Of a stretch of 64,000 bases of DNA, positions 1 through 9,446 are shown one piece after another. The DNA is from Candidatus Adlerbacteria bacterium (lineage in GTDB: Bacteria > Patescibacteriota > Minisyncoccia > Phycocordibacterales > SBAW01), in assembly GCA_028286685.1 (NCBI GenBank), contig JAQBRA010000005.1, positions 16,726-80,725 on the forward strand, written 5' to 3'. The notes under the pieces are model-generated. The model did not search any database, was not told the DNA's origin, and saw only the letters and a program-made list of their open reading frames with translations. The first letter of the stretch is position 1. Every line of letters starts with the position of its first letter. Both the position numbers and the translations under genes were made by a program.

Positions 1-197
1 TTAAGGTAGATTTTCGTAAAGGCCTCCTGCACGACATCTTCCGCCTCCTGCGGGTCCAGGACGATGCCCCGCGCCTTGCGCAGGAAAGGCTCTTCGTACT
101 TGCGCACAAGCAAGGCAAAAAGTGAGGGGTGGGATACCGAAAGCGCGAGCAATTCCTCGTCGCTGCGCTCCCGAGCTTCACCAAGCAGGTTGTCCAT
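1..197 (-). CDS. ECF-type RNA polymerase sigma-70 factor, N-terminal part (runs off the window edge; not in ORF track)
   Basis: Manual translation MDNLLGEARERSDEELLALSVSHPSLFALLVRKYEEPFLRKARGIVLDPQEAEDVVQEAFTKIYL; 'SDEELL' and 'EAEDVVQEAF' are typical of ECF region 2. Confidence 0.85.
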   Translation of the reverse strand, partial: MDNLLGEARERSDEELLALSVSHPSLFALLVRKYEEPFLRKARGIVLDPQEAEDVVQEAFTKIYL

Positions 198-277
198 AGC
201 CACACTGTATATCATGCGCTACCTGTTGCAATCGCTGCACCGGCGCGAAAGTTCCAGCGCCACAGGAATACCTTTGC

Positions 278-1849
278 CTAAACTTCTTCCAAGGACGGGA
301 TGATCTTTACTGTAGCAGAGGCGCTCTTCTGCTGGCCGCTGAGGTCCGTACAGGTAAGCGTATAGGTATTCTCGTGGGCCGCTACCCGGGCCGGTGCCGG
401 AGAAGGGTTTGCAGTCCCTGTCCCTATAGTATTCTGGCCTGCGTCGCGCACAGAGCAGGTATCCGGAGTTATATTGGATGCGGACCAAGTAATGGTGGTG
501 TTGGTCCCTGAGCGGACGCGCACGCTCGGCTGGCCGTTAACTTTTATATCGAGCACTGCCGCGAGCATGCACGAGCTTCCTACCAGCTGATACCCGTCGC
601 TGCATCCGCAGTTTCCAGAAGCGTCGCGGGAGCTGTTCTCAGGCGCTGCAGTCTGGGCGCCGGGAATGTTGAGGCAGAAGTCAAACAGTATGCACGAGGT
701 CCCTGCCAAGTTATAGCCCGGGTTGCAGGCGCAGGTGCCGCCCTGCTCGCTTGCGTTAGGCGGGCAGCTAATGGTGCAGATGCCGCCTTGCAGCTGATAG
801 AACGCGTTGCATACGCAGGAATTACCTTCCGCATGCGCATTCGCCTTGCAGTTAAGGCTCGCGCTCACCGTCAGCGATTTGCTGTAATTATTCCATCCGG
901 GATAGTTGGTAGTCTGTACCGCCGGATAAAAAACATACTGGCCGGGAGCTGTCGGAGTGAAGGCATACGTCTTGTCAGTCGGAGGCACCCAAGTGACCCC
1001 CGGCAAGAGATTGTTTTGGATGTCGTTAATCGCCGTCTTTTCCAGCGCGTCTCCCGTAGCCGCGTCAAACGTAGCAGCAATAGTTACCGGCTCGCCCACA
1101 TCCACGCTCACCGTACCGCTTGAGCCATTGCCGGTAATGGCGACTTCGGGCGGATCTGTAAGGATGCGGACCGAAACGGAAGTCTTCCAGCTGCCCTGGC
1201 CCTTGCACTCGAGCGTATAGGTCGAAACGGTACCTGGGCCTCCTGGCGGATTTACCGATGCGGAGCCCACGAGATTTGATCCGCTATATACGACCGCTCC
1301 TCCCGGCCCGGTCACCGTGGAGCTGTTTGCGTATGAATTTGTCGCAGAGCCGGCGTATTTCGTGCATTTCTGTGAGCCGTCGATGTAGTTGATGGTACGG
1401 TACGGCTGGCAGGCATAGTCGAGCGTAGCGGTGCCGCCGGGAGCAACGCCCGTGGTCATGCCCGAGGAAGATACCGCTCCGCTATTCTGCACGCGGCTGG
1501 CGGCAGTCTGATTGTTTGCGCCGCGCGCGCTTAGGGCGCCCATATAAGGATTGGCGCAGAATGCGCTTTGCCAGCAAAAGTGCGCCCCGCAGCCGTATTT
1601 CGGATCATTCTGCGCGTAGACGGTATCGTCGTTAAGCGGATTGGGATATCCCCCGTCGTACGTCGGCCAATACGCAACCGCAGCGGCGTTACTGGTCGCG
1701 GAATTGTTGACCACGGCTATGCCGCCCTTGATGCCCGAAACCAGGTTAAAGCCGGAGGACAGGAATACCGCCGCTACCACCAAAAGCCCGGCTGCGGCGC
1801 ACATCCCCATGACGGTTAAATGATGGTCTTCGTTGTGGTTCATATACAA
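278..1849 (-). CDS. Membrane-anchored surface protein with Ig-like modules and Cys-rich EGF-like repeats
   Basis: N-terminal TM helix; C-x-C-x2-G-Y repeats; Ser/Thr/Gly-rich beta modules; paralogous to 27445..30042. Confidence 0.75.
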   Translation of the reverse strand: MYMNHNEDHHLTVMGMCAAAGLLVVAAVFLSSGFNLVSGIKGGIAVVNNSATSNAAAVAYWPTYDGGYPNPLNDDTVYAQNDPKYGCGAHFCWQSAFCANPYMGALSARGANNQTAASRVQNSGAVSSSGMTTGVAPGGTATLDYACQPYRTINYIDGSQKCTKYAGSATNSYANSSTVTGPGGAVVYSGSNLVGSASVNPPGGPGTVSTYTLECKGQGSWKTSVSVRILTDPPEVAITGNGSSGTVSVDVGEPVTIAATFDAATGDALEKTAINDIQNNLLPGVTWVPPTDKTYAFTPTAPGQYVFYPAVQTTNYPGWNNYSKSLTVSASLNCKANAHAEGNSCVCNAFYQLQGGICTISCPPNASEQGGTCACNPGYNLAGTSCILFDFCLNIPGAQTAAPENSSRDASGNCGCSDGYQLVGSSCMLAAVLDIKVNGQPSVRVRSGTNTTITWSASNITPDTCSVRDAGQNTIGTGTANPSPAPARVAAHENTYTLTCTDLSGQQKSASATVKIIPSLEEV

Positions 1850-1925
1850 AAATGGCTGATACCCCTCAAGTATACCTCCTCCCCCGCTTGAAGCTTAGGC
1901 AGTGCCGGGTGGACAAGGTATTGGC

Positions 1926-1954
1926 TTGCCACTTGTGCCGCGCAAGGCTAGAAT
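1926..1954 (+). promoter_or_regulatory. sigma70 promoter of efp
   Basis: TTGCCA-17 bp-TAGAAT. Confidence 0.6.
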
Positions 1955-2002
1955 GGCCTCACTGCCCTTAGGGGCCCATTTTTTTGGCTAACAGATACAC
2001 CT

Positions 2003-2578
2003 ATGGCAATGCTTGAATACAACGAAATACTGAAGGGCAAGGTAATCCTCTATAACGATGACCCGTATGAGGTCCTGGACGCCCATGTCTTCCGCAAGCA
2101 GCAGCGCAAGCCCGTCAATCAGACCAAGCTGCGCAATATCATTACCGGCAAGGTAACCGAGCAGGCCTTCCACGTATCGGAAAAGGCCGAGGAGGCGGAC
2201 CTCTCGACCAAGGGCGTGAAGTTTCTCTATTCCAACAAGGGCGAGAAATGGTTCTGCGCCGAGAACGACCCCGCCGAGCGCTTCGTGCTCTCGGAGGAGA
2301 CTATCGGCCCGGGATCGAAATTCCTCAAGGCAAATGCCATAGTAGAGGCGCTCATATTTGATGAGAGGATAATCGGCATCAAGGTGCCGATCAAGGTAGA
2401 GCTTAAGGTTACTGAGGCCCCGCCCGCTGTCAAAGGCAATACCGCCCAAGGCGGCTCCAAGCAGATCGTGCTCGAGACCGGCGCCACCGTAGACGCTCCC
2501 CTCTTTATAAACGAAGGCGATGTGGTGCGGATCAATACCGAGACCGGCGACTACGTCGAACGCGTAGACAAGAAGTAG
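2003..2578 (+). CDS. efp: Elongation factor P
   Basis: KLRNIITG, PPAVKGNTAQGGSK, LETGATVDAPLFINEGD..NTETGDYVER motifs. Confidence 0.96.
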   Translation: MAMLEYNEILKGKVILYNDDPYEVLDAHVFRKQQRKPVNQTKLRNIITGKVTEQAFHVSEKAEEADLSTKGVKFLYSNKGEKWFCAENDPAERFVLSEETIGPGSKFLKANAIVEALIFDERIIGIKVPIKVELKVTEAPPAVKGNTAQGGSKQIVLETGATVDAPLFINEGDVVRINTETGDYVERVDKK

Positions 2579-2675
2579 GCGCCTCTGTGCCCTTCACACT
2601 TGCGCCATTTGCCTTTGCTAGCATGGGCATGTGCGATACGGTCGAAATTACAGGCCAGCTAATGCAATAACCTAT

Positions 2676-2858
2676 ATGTGGAAACAATGGGTAAATGCAG
2701 TCTTAGGACTAGCGGTACTAGCGACTCCGTTTTTAAACCTCTCTAGCGAGACCGCTACGTGGACGCTCGCTATAGCAGGTATTGCAGTCGCCGTATTAGC
2801 CTTGTGGAGCGCAGTAAAGTACTCCCCTGGCCGCCACAGCACATTCGCGCACCGCTAA
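2676..2858 (+). CDS. Small SPW-repeat-like membrane protein
   Basis: MWKQWVNAVLGL..ATPF, two hydrophobic helices; ATG at 2676 preferred. Confidence 0.65.
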   Translation: MWKQWVNAVLGLAVLATPFLNLSSETATWTLAIAGIAVAVLALWSAVKYSPGRHSTFAHR

Positions 2859-2871
2859 ATTGAGCTGCAAT

Positions 2872-2917
2872 ACAAAAAGAAAAACCCCCGGCGCCATGCC
2901 GGGGGTTTTTCTTTTTG
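2872..2917. terminator. Bidirectional intrinsic terminator
   Basis: aaaaacccccggc-gccat-gccgggggttttt flanked by A and T tracts between convergent genes. Confidence 0.85.
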
Positions 2918-2921
2918 TAAG

Positions 2922-3116
2922 TTAGCGGACGATGTACGGGAGGAGCGCCATGAAGCGTGCGCGCTTGATTGCCTCGGCGACGGCACGCTGGTTGGGGGCC
3001 GAGAGGTTGGTGCGGCGGCGCGGCATGATCTTGCCGTGCGGGTTGACGAACTTCTTGAGCGTCTCCGTATCTTTGTAGTCGATGCGGGCGAACTGGGGTA
3101 CGTATTCTTTAGCCAT
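2922..3116 (-). CDS. rpsR: 30S ribosomal protein S18
   Basis: [35 protein letters not shown]. Confidence 0.97.
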   Translation of the reverse strand: MAKEYVPQFARIDYKDTETLKKFVNPHGKIMPRRRTNLSAPNQRAVAEAIKRARFMALLPYIVR

Positions 3117-3165
3117 AATAATGTTAGTTAAATTTTCGGTTTCTTTTTGTAGTTTCTAAGCAAGC

Positions 3166-3642
3166 TTAGAAGGGGATGTCATCAGGATTGATGTCCTCGG
3201 TCGGGTAATCGATGCCATCCTCCTTGGGAGCCTTCTGCGGGGCCTCGGCGTCGCTGTAGCCGCCGCTGCGGGCGCCCGAGGGAGCCGCATCCCCTCCTGA
3301 GGAGTGGCTTCCGGAGTTGCCGGAAGCGCGGGAGCCGAAGGTAACCGACTCGGCCACGATCTCGGTGCGGTACTGCTTGCCCTTCTCCGGAGAGTCCCAG
3401 CTGCGGGTCTGGATGCGGCCATCGACAAGTACCGAGCTGCCCTTCTTGAGGTACTGGGCGCTGGTCTCCGCCTGGCGGCCGAACACGACCACGTTGTGGA
3501 ACTCCGGAACGTCGGTCCACTGCTCGTCCTTCTTAACGCGGCGATTAGTCGCGACGCCGAACGATGCCACCTGCATGCCCGAGGGGAGGTTTTTAAGCTC
3601 CGGGTCGCGGGTAAGATTGCCGTAGAGGATGACTTTATTCAT
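3166..3642 (-). CDS. ssb: Single-stranded DNA-binding protein
   Basis: MNKVILYGNLTRDPE; C-terminal DDIPF; rpsF-ssb-rpsR synteny. Confidence 0.97.
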   Translation of the reverse strand: MNKVILYGNLTRDPELKNLPSGMQVASFGVATNRRVKKDEQWTDVPEFHNVVVFGRQAETSAQYLKKGSSVLVDGRIQTRSWDSPEKGKQYRTEIVAESVTFGSRASGNSGSHSSGGDAAPSGARSGGYSDAEAPQKAPKEDGIDYPTEDINPDDIPF

Positions 3643-3654
3643 GATTGTATTGTA

Positions 3655-4191
3655 CTACTCGGCGACCAGGGCATCTATCGACTTATCCAGCTCTGCCTCG
3701 GAAACCGGAGCCGCCTTCTCGGCCGGAGCCTCGGGCTTCTTTATCGTCTCCCCTGCCAAGCGGTCAGATCCGAAGACTGCGGCGCGGGCCTTGGGCGGCG
3801 TAATGTCCTCGCGGACGGTCTCTATGATGAGCGAGCGCAATACGTCGCGCGACGCGTTAAGCGCGGCCTCGAGCGCAGGCATCTTCTCGCGGGTTGTGGC
3901 GAACTTGATCCAGCCGAACCATGCCTCGGCGTACTTCTCGCGCTTGCCCTGCGTGGCGCGCTCGACTACGTAGGCCAGCTGCATCTTCTGCGGGTAGCCC
4001 TCGCTGATAAACTCCGCCTCGCCAATGAGCTTGCGGACACCTTCGACTGCAGCACCTACGCCGTCCTCCGCGATAGTAGGGACCAAATGGAAACCGACCT
4101 CATAAATAATGGGTGCACTAGAGACATCGGCCTCGGAGGAGGCTTCAGTCGCTTGGGTAAAGGCCTCTTCGGCCTGCGACGTTTTTGACAT
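3655..4191 (-). CDS. rpsF: 30S ribosomal protein S6 with N/C-terminal extensions
   Basis: YEVGFHLVP, LAYVV, VLRSLII; synteny; start re-picked at MSKTS. Confidence 0.9.
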   Translation of the reverse strand: MSKTSQAEEAFTQATEASSEADVSSAPIIYEVGFHLVPTIAEDGVGAAVEGVRKLIGEAEFISEGYPQKMQLAYVVERATQGKREKYAEAWFGWIKFATTREKMPALEAALNASRDVLRSLIIETVREDITPPKARAAVFGSDRLAGETIKKPEAPAEKAAPVSEAELDKSIDALVAE

Positions 4192-4242
4192 ACCAAAACA
4201 CCATACCAGGGACAAGGGCCCTTTGCAACCCCGAAATGCGGG

Positions 4243-5676
4243 CTATATGCCCTCGAGCTTTATCCCCGCCTCCTCGAGCGGCGAGGCGTCATTATGATGG
4301 CGCAGATGTATCTGGGGCAGGAATAGTACGGTCGCGAATGCGCCCAGCATGATAAAGAAGCCGACAAAGAAGACCTGGGTGAGCGCCCCGGTAAAGGCCA
4401 GACCCTCCGAAGCCATATAGAAGTTGAGCAAGCCGCCCAAAAGCGCGGTGCCCACGGTAGCGCCCACCGTGCGGAACATCTGCACCGAGGCAGTAGCGAC
4501 GCCGAGGACCGAAGGCTCGAATGCCCCCTGCACCACCACGGTAAATATCGGGAATGTAGTGCCAAGGCCCAGACCCATAATGATCATGTTGCGCACCAGC
4601 TCAATGTAGCTGGTGGCTTCGGTCATCTGCGAAAAGAGGTACATGCCGAGCGCCGCGACCGCGACCCCGCTAACCGCGAGCCACTTGTACTTGCCCGTGC
4701 GCGAAATGACCTGGCCCGTAATAGTAGAAGCCGCCACGATGCCAAGCATCATGGGCATCAGTATGAGGCCGGCCCCGGTTGCCGTAGTGCCGAGCACATT
4801 CTGCGCAAAGAGCGGCAGGTAGATAATGGAGCCGAACATGCCTATCGCGGTTAAAAATACCGTGCCGACCGAAGCCACGAACGCCCGGCTCTTGAAGAAA
4901 TACATCGGCAAGACGGGATCTTCCGCGAAATACTTCTCCTCCTGCACGAAGTAGTACAGCACGATAGCGGAAGCGCAGAAGAGCCAGATAATGAGCGGCG
5001 AGACCCAAGGATGGGTAGAGCCGCCCCAAACGAGCGCCAATAGGAGCGGCATGAGTCCCGCGCCGATAAGCAGCCCGCCGAAATAATCCAGAGGCTTCTC
5101 GTGCTTGCGGCCGATAGCTGGCAGCGCGAAATAGATCACCGCCATGGCGATAAGCGCCAGCGGAATATTGATATAGAAGATCCAGCGCCAAGACACTGCG
5201 TCGGTGAGCCAGCCGCCAAGCAAGGGGCCGATGACGCTCGAAAGGCCGAACATGGCGCCCAAGAGTCCCTGCCAGCGGCCGCGCTCGCGGGCGCTGAAGA
5301 GGTCCCCTACCAGCGCAAAAGCGTTGACCATAATAGCGCCGCCGCCGATGCCCTGGATGCCGCGGAAAAGGATCAGCTGAAACATCGAAGTAGCGGCGCC
5401 CGAGAGCATGGAGCCGATGAGGAATATGACGATGCCGATAATAAAGAACGCCTTGCGGCCGTAGGTATCGGAGAGCTTTCCGTACAGCGGGACCGTGATA
5501 GTTGAGGCCAGCATATAGGCCGTAAAGACCCACGAGAGGTGCTCGAGCCCGTTAAGCTCTTTTACGATCGAGGGCATCGCCGTCGATACAATGGTTTGGT
5601 CTAAGGCTGCCAATAGCATGGCAAGCATGGCCCCAAACATGGCCAGGGCCTTCGGATTCTTTAGTAATTGCAGCAT
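4243..5676 (-). CDS. MFS multidrug transporter, DHA2 (EmrB/QacA) family
   Basis: LDQTIVSTAMP, GKLSDTYGRK, GPLLGGWLTD..SWRWIFYINIP. Confidence 0.93.
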   Translation of the reverse strand: MLQLLKNPKALAMFGAMLAMLLAALDQTIVSTAMPSIVKELNGLEHLSWVFTAYMLASTITVPLYGKLSDTYGRKAFFIIGIVIFLIGSMLSGAATSMFQLILFRGIQGIGGGAIMVNAFALVGDLFSARERGRWQGLLGAMFGLSSVIGPLLGGWLTDAVSWRWIFYINIPLALIAMAVIYFALPAIGRKHEKPLDYFGGLLIGAGLMPLLLALVWGGSTHPWVSPLIIWLFCASAIVLYYFVQEEKYFAEDPVLPMYFFKSRAFVASVGTVFLTAIGMFGSIIYLPLFAQNVLGTTATGAGLILMPMMLGIVAASTITGQVISRTGKYKWLAVSGVAVAALGMYLFSQMTEATSYIELVRNMIIMGLGLGTTFPIFTVVVQGAFEPSVLGVATASVQMFRTVGATVGTALLGGLLNFYMASEGLAFTGALTQVFFVGFFIMLGAFATVLFLPQIHLRHHNDASPLEEAGIKLEGI

Positions 5677-5695
5677 GCGGGCCAGTCTAGCAGAT

Positions 5696-6463
5696 TTAGA
5701 GATTAAAAACAGATGAAGCGTTTATGACCGTCTGAGCTATTACTTTTTCCACTTCCAACCCCTTTAGGACGGCAATTTTCTCTGCTACTCCCGAAACATA
5801 TACAGGTTCATTGCGCTTGCCGCGGTTAGGTACCGGGGCCGCGTAGGGCGAATCGGTTTCGATAAGCATCCGATCGAGCGGGACAACCCGCATAGAGTCG
5901 TCGTACATGTCGGTATAGGTTACCGGACCTGGAAATGAGAGGTAGCAGCCCAAATCGAGATACATCTGTGCCAGCTCGCCCGTGCCGGTAAAGAAATGGA
6001 TAATGACTGGAACTGTTGGTTTTTTATTTTCCAGAATCGCAAGCATGTCCTCGTGCGCATTGCGGCAATGGATGATCAAGGGCTTTTGGACTTTTTCCGC
6101 CAGCTCCACGTGCTTTTCAAACCTCATCTTTTGTGCGGACTTTTCCTCATCGGTGCCTCCGGAGCGGAAGTAGTCTAAGCCGCACTCCCCTATTGCGACT
6201 ACCCTAGGCTCGCGGGCCAGCGCCTCATATGCCCCCATATCAAATTCCTCGGCCGGATTGTCATTGGGATGCAAGCCGACCGCGGCCCACAAAAAGCTGT
6301 GCTGTTTTGTAAGCTCGAGCGCCGCGCGGCTTGAAGCCAGGTCAACGCCAATAACGACTGCACCCATCTGTGCCTCCTGCATGCGCGCCAAAACTTCTTG
6401 CCGGTCAGTATCGAACTGCGGCATGTACAAGTGGCAATGGGCGTCGAAGAGTTTGAGATCCAT
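5696..6463 (-). CDS. tatD: TatD-family nuclease
   Basis: DAHCHL, GLHP, AIGECGLDY, IHCR, ETDSPY, RGKRNEP. Confidence 0.95.
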   Translation of the reverse strand: MDLKLFDAHCHLYMPQFDTDRQEVLARMQEAQMGAVVIGVDLASSRAALELTKQHSFLWAAVGLHPNDNPAEEFDMGAYEALAREPRVVAIGECGLDYFRSGGTDEEKSAQKMRFEKHVELAEKVQKPLIIHCRNAHEDMLAILENKKPTVPVIIHFFTGTGELAQMYLDLGCYLSFPGPVTYTDMYDDSMRVVPLDRMLIETDSPYAAPVPNRGKRNEPVYVSGVAEKIAVLKGLEVEKVIAQTVINASSVFNL

Positions 6464-7896
6464 TAGTCGTGGCGTGCGAAAAGATTTTCCGGCTTCTGGT
6501 TGGCTGCCACGGCATCCTTAATTTTCTTGCTGGTCTCGGGCATGATCGGATTAAGCATGCAGCCTATCACGTAGAGCTCCTGGGTAAGGTCAAAGATTAT
6601 TTTCTTGCCTGCCTCAAGATCGGTCTTTACCAATTTAAAGGGTGCCTGTTCGGTGATTTTCTGGTCCAGCGCCTGGATGCGGCTCCAGATAAATTCCGCC
6701 GCCTTGTTTATCTCAAACTTCTCCATAGCCTGAATGTACTCCGCGGGAAACTCCGCCGCCTCGGGCCGGGTCCCCTGCTCTAGGTGCGTCGCAGCGAGCT
6801 GCATGATGCGCGCCGAAAGATTACCCAAGCCGTTTGCCAAGTCGGCGTTGTACGCATCCTTGAATGCCTCGCGGGTAATGTCCCCGTCCTCAAACGGTGA
6901 GATGTGCCGCGCCAAGAAGCAGCGCACGGCGTCGGTGCCGTACTCGGCCAAGAGCTCCTCAGGGTCAATGACATTGCCCAAGGTCTTGCTCATCTTCTTG
7001 CCGCCCGAGGTTATAAAGCCGTGGACCAATAAAGTTTTGGGGAGCGGCAGGCCGGCCGACAGGAGCATGCCCGGCCAGATGGCTGCATGGAAGCGCAGGA
7101 TATCTTTTCCAATAACATGCATGCCGGGCCAGAATTCTTCATAGAGTTCGCCGCCCTGCCCGTATCCGAGCGCGGTTATGTAGTTAGACAGCGCGTCGCA
7201 CCAGACGTACATAACCTGGCTGTCGTCGCCCGGCACGGGGATGCCCAGGCCCTGCGGCCAGTCGGCCTTGCGCGGGCGCGAGAAGCTGACGTCCTCGAGC
7301 CCCTGCGCTATGAAAGACAGTATTTCTTTTTTGCGCGTAGCCGGAACTATCAGAAGCTCGTCGCTTTCAATCTTTTGCCTGATAGCGTCGGAGTATTTGG
7401 AAAGCCGGAAGAAATAATTTTCCTCCTTGATAAACTCAGGAGCGGTGCCATGGTCGGGGCACTTGCCGTCGACCAGATCCTTCTCGGTTATAAAAGCTTC
7501 GTGGCCGACGCAGTACAGGCCCTCGTACTCCTTCTTATATATGTCGCCCGCCTCTACCAGCTTCTGCCACAGCGCCTGCGCTCCGGGCCAGTGGGCCTTC
7601 TGGTCGGTCGTGCGAATGAACTGGTCGTAGGAAATACTGAGCTCGCTAAAGAGCGAGGAAAACCGGGCCACGATCCCGTCTAAAAACTCCAGCGGCTCCT
7701 TGCCGTCCTTGCGGGCGGCATCGACCATCTTCTGCGTATTCTCGTCCGAGCCGGTAAGGAAATAGGTCTTCTCCCCCATCAGGCGGTGGTAGCGCACCAG
7801 AATATCGCTTACGGTTGTCGTATACGCATGCCCCAAATGCAGCTTTGCATTGGGATAAAAAATAGGCGTCGTTAAGTAAAACTTCTTGTCTGCCAT
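6463..7896 (-). CDS. metG: Methionyl-tRNA synthetase (short form, no C-terminal tRNA-binding domain)
   Basis: HLGH, YVWCDALSNY, GKDILRFH, KMSKT. Confidence 0.96.
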   Translation of the reverse strand: MADKKFYLTTPIFYPNAKLHLGHAYTTTVSDILVRYHRLMGEKTYFLTGSDENTQKMVDAARKDGKEPLEFLDGIVARFSSLFSELSISYDQFIRTTDQKAHWPGAQALWQKLVEAGDIYKKEYEGLYCVGHEAFITEKDLVDGKCPDHGTAPEFIKEENYFFRLSKYSDAIRQKIESDELLIVPATRKKEILSFIAQGLEDVSFSRPRKADWPQGLGIPVPGDDSQVMYVWCDALSNYITALGYGQGGELYEEFWPGMHVIGKDILRFHAAIWPGMLLSAGLPLPKTLLVHGFITSGGKKMSKTLGNVIDPEELLAEYGTDAVRCFLARHISPFEDGDITREAFKDAYNADLANGLGNLSARIMQLAATHLEQGTRPEAAEFPAEYIQAMEKFEINKAAEFIWSRIQALDQKITEQAPFKLVKTDLEAGKKIIFDLTQELYVIGCMLNPIMPETSKKIKDAVAANQKPENLFARHD

Positions 7897-7908
7897 GGTT
7901 ATGTAACC

Positions 7909-8979
7909 CTACTTCGGCTGCCCCTCCGGGGTCAAGCCTTGCCGGGAAAGCTCGCGGGTCTTGCGGCGGTCAATGTCAGCCACCAGCTCCTGGATAGCGC
8001 CCGCGATCGGGACCGAGAGGAGTATACCCAAGAAGCCAGCCAGCTTCGCGCCCACTATTAATGAAAGGATGACCATAAGCGGCGGCACGCCCACCACTTT
8101 CTTAACGACCACGGGGTAAATAAGATGCGCCTCAAACTGCTGCACCACGACGTACAAGCCGGTAACGAGCAGCGCGCCAGTTACTCCGCCGTCCGCAAAT
8201 GCGATAGCGACCGCCGGTATGGCCGCCAGTATCTGGCCGAACACCGGAATAAGCTCAAAGAGCGCCGCGATTACGGCCAAAAGGAGCGCGTTGGGCACGC
8301 CCAGGATAGTGAGCCCGAGGTACAGAAGGACGCCCACGATAGCGCCTAGAATGAGCTGCCCCTGCATCCACTTGCCTATCTTGTCCTGCGAGCGCTTCCA
8401 TAAGTTAAGCACGTAGGCCTGGTGCGCAGTCGGGGTTACCACGCGCAGGAAATCGTCGACACCCGTCTCCTGCACCGAAAAGTAAAACGAGAACACCGCA
8501 ATGAGAATGAAAGACGTTACGCCGCCAAAAAAGCTCGAGACCGTACTGACTATCCCGCCAGTCGCCCCGGAGATGCTTTGTGAAATGCTCTGCAAGAAAT
8601 CGGTCGAAGTAAAAGAGGCACTAAAGTTGGGCAGGAGGCCGTGCGTAGCGTCTGAGAGGCTGAGCGCCGAGAGAGTGGCCGGCAGGCGCGAGAAGAAGTT
8701 GATGGCATCCTCCAGAAGCGGCGGCAGGAATAAAAAGAGGACGCTGAAGAATACCGCCGCCACCGACGCGTATATAAGTATGACGCTGAACACGCGGTTG
8801 ATCCGGTAACGGCGCAGGGCCACAATCCCCGGCTCCATAGCTGAAGCGATGACGACCGCCGTCAAAACAATAAGCACCACATCGCGCAAGAACCACAACA
8901 GGCCCGCCAGCGCGGCGAACAAAAACACCATGGCGATGGTCCCGGCGGTGATCGTGACGCTGGCAGCGGAGCGTTCCAT
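7909..8979 (-). CDS. AI-2E family transporter
   Basis: Multi-TM; LIPVFG, QQFEAHLIYPVV, GFLGILLSVP. Confidence 0.9.
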   Translation of the reverse strand: MERSAASVTITAGTIAMVFLFAALAGLLWFLRDVVLIVLTAVVIASAMEPGIVALRRYRINRVFSVILIYASVAAVFFSVLFLFLPPLLEDAINFFSRLPATLSALSLSDATHGLLPNFSASFTSTDFLQSISQSISGATGGIVSTVSSFFGGVTSFILIAVFSFYFSVQETGVDDFLRVVTPTAHQAYVLNLWKRSQDKIGKWMQGQLILGAIVGVLLYLGLTILGVPNALLLAVIAALFELIPVFGQILAAIPAVAIAFADGGVTGALLVTGLYVVVQQFEAHLIYPVVVKKVVGVPPLMVILSLIVGAKLAGFLGILLSVPIAGAIQELVADIDRRKTRELSRQGLTPEGQPK

Positions 8980-9023
8980 GGCCCTACTGTAGCATATTGC
9001 CCCGCCTGTAACTGAATGGTACA

Positions 9024-9374
9024 GTGCGGGCGGACATAAACAGGAAGAAGCTCATGACTCGTTTCGTTGATTGCGACCCTAACCTGAGAGAGATGGAAGA
9101 GAAGCTTGTGGAGGCGCGCGCCGCAGGACACACGCGCATGTTCGCCTTGGGGTATGAGCCTGATTTGCCCATGCAGTGGCACAGCCGCAAAGACGAGCAG
9201 AAAATGAAGGAATACCTCGACTCACGCGAAAAATCCGAGAGCACTTTGTTCAATTGCGCCGTCGCTGTCGTGGTAGTCAATCCGCAAGATAGCGACGAGA
9301 CCATTAAATCAATCATCGCTGCCAAACAGCCACGAAAAAACGAAGGCCCGGGCTATTTCTGTGAGGCATGGTGA
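9024..9374 (+). CDS. Hypothetical protein (start uncertain)
   Basis: Only ORF filling the gap; followed by a terminator. Confidence 0.55.
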   Translation: MRADINRKKLMTRFVDCDPNLREMEEKLVEARAAGHTRMFALGYEPDLPMQWHSRKDEQKMKEYLDSREKSESTLFNCAVAVVVVNPQDSDETIKSIIAAKQPRKNEGPGYFCEAW

Positions 9375-9378
9375 TACG

Positions 9379-9416
9379 ACAAAAAGCGGCGGTCGAAAGA
9401 CCGCCCTTTTTCTTTT
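9379..9416. terminator. Bidirectional terminator
   Basis: aaaaagcggcggtc-gaaa-gaccgcccttttt. Confidence 0.75.
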
Positions 9417-9446
9417 ACTCAACTACGTAGCTAATTACGTAATTAG

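Noticed and set aside
1955-1986. Hairpin plus T tract in the efp leader as an attenuator
   Set aside because: The stem is short and imperfect and no alternative structure is evident.
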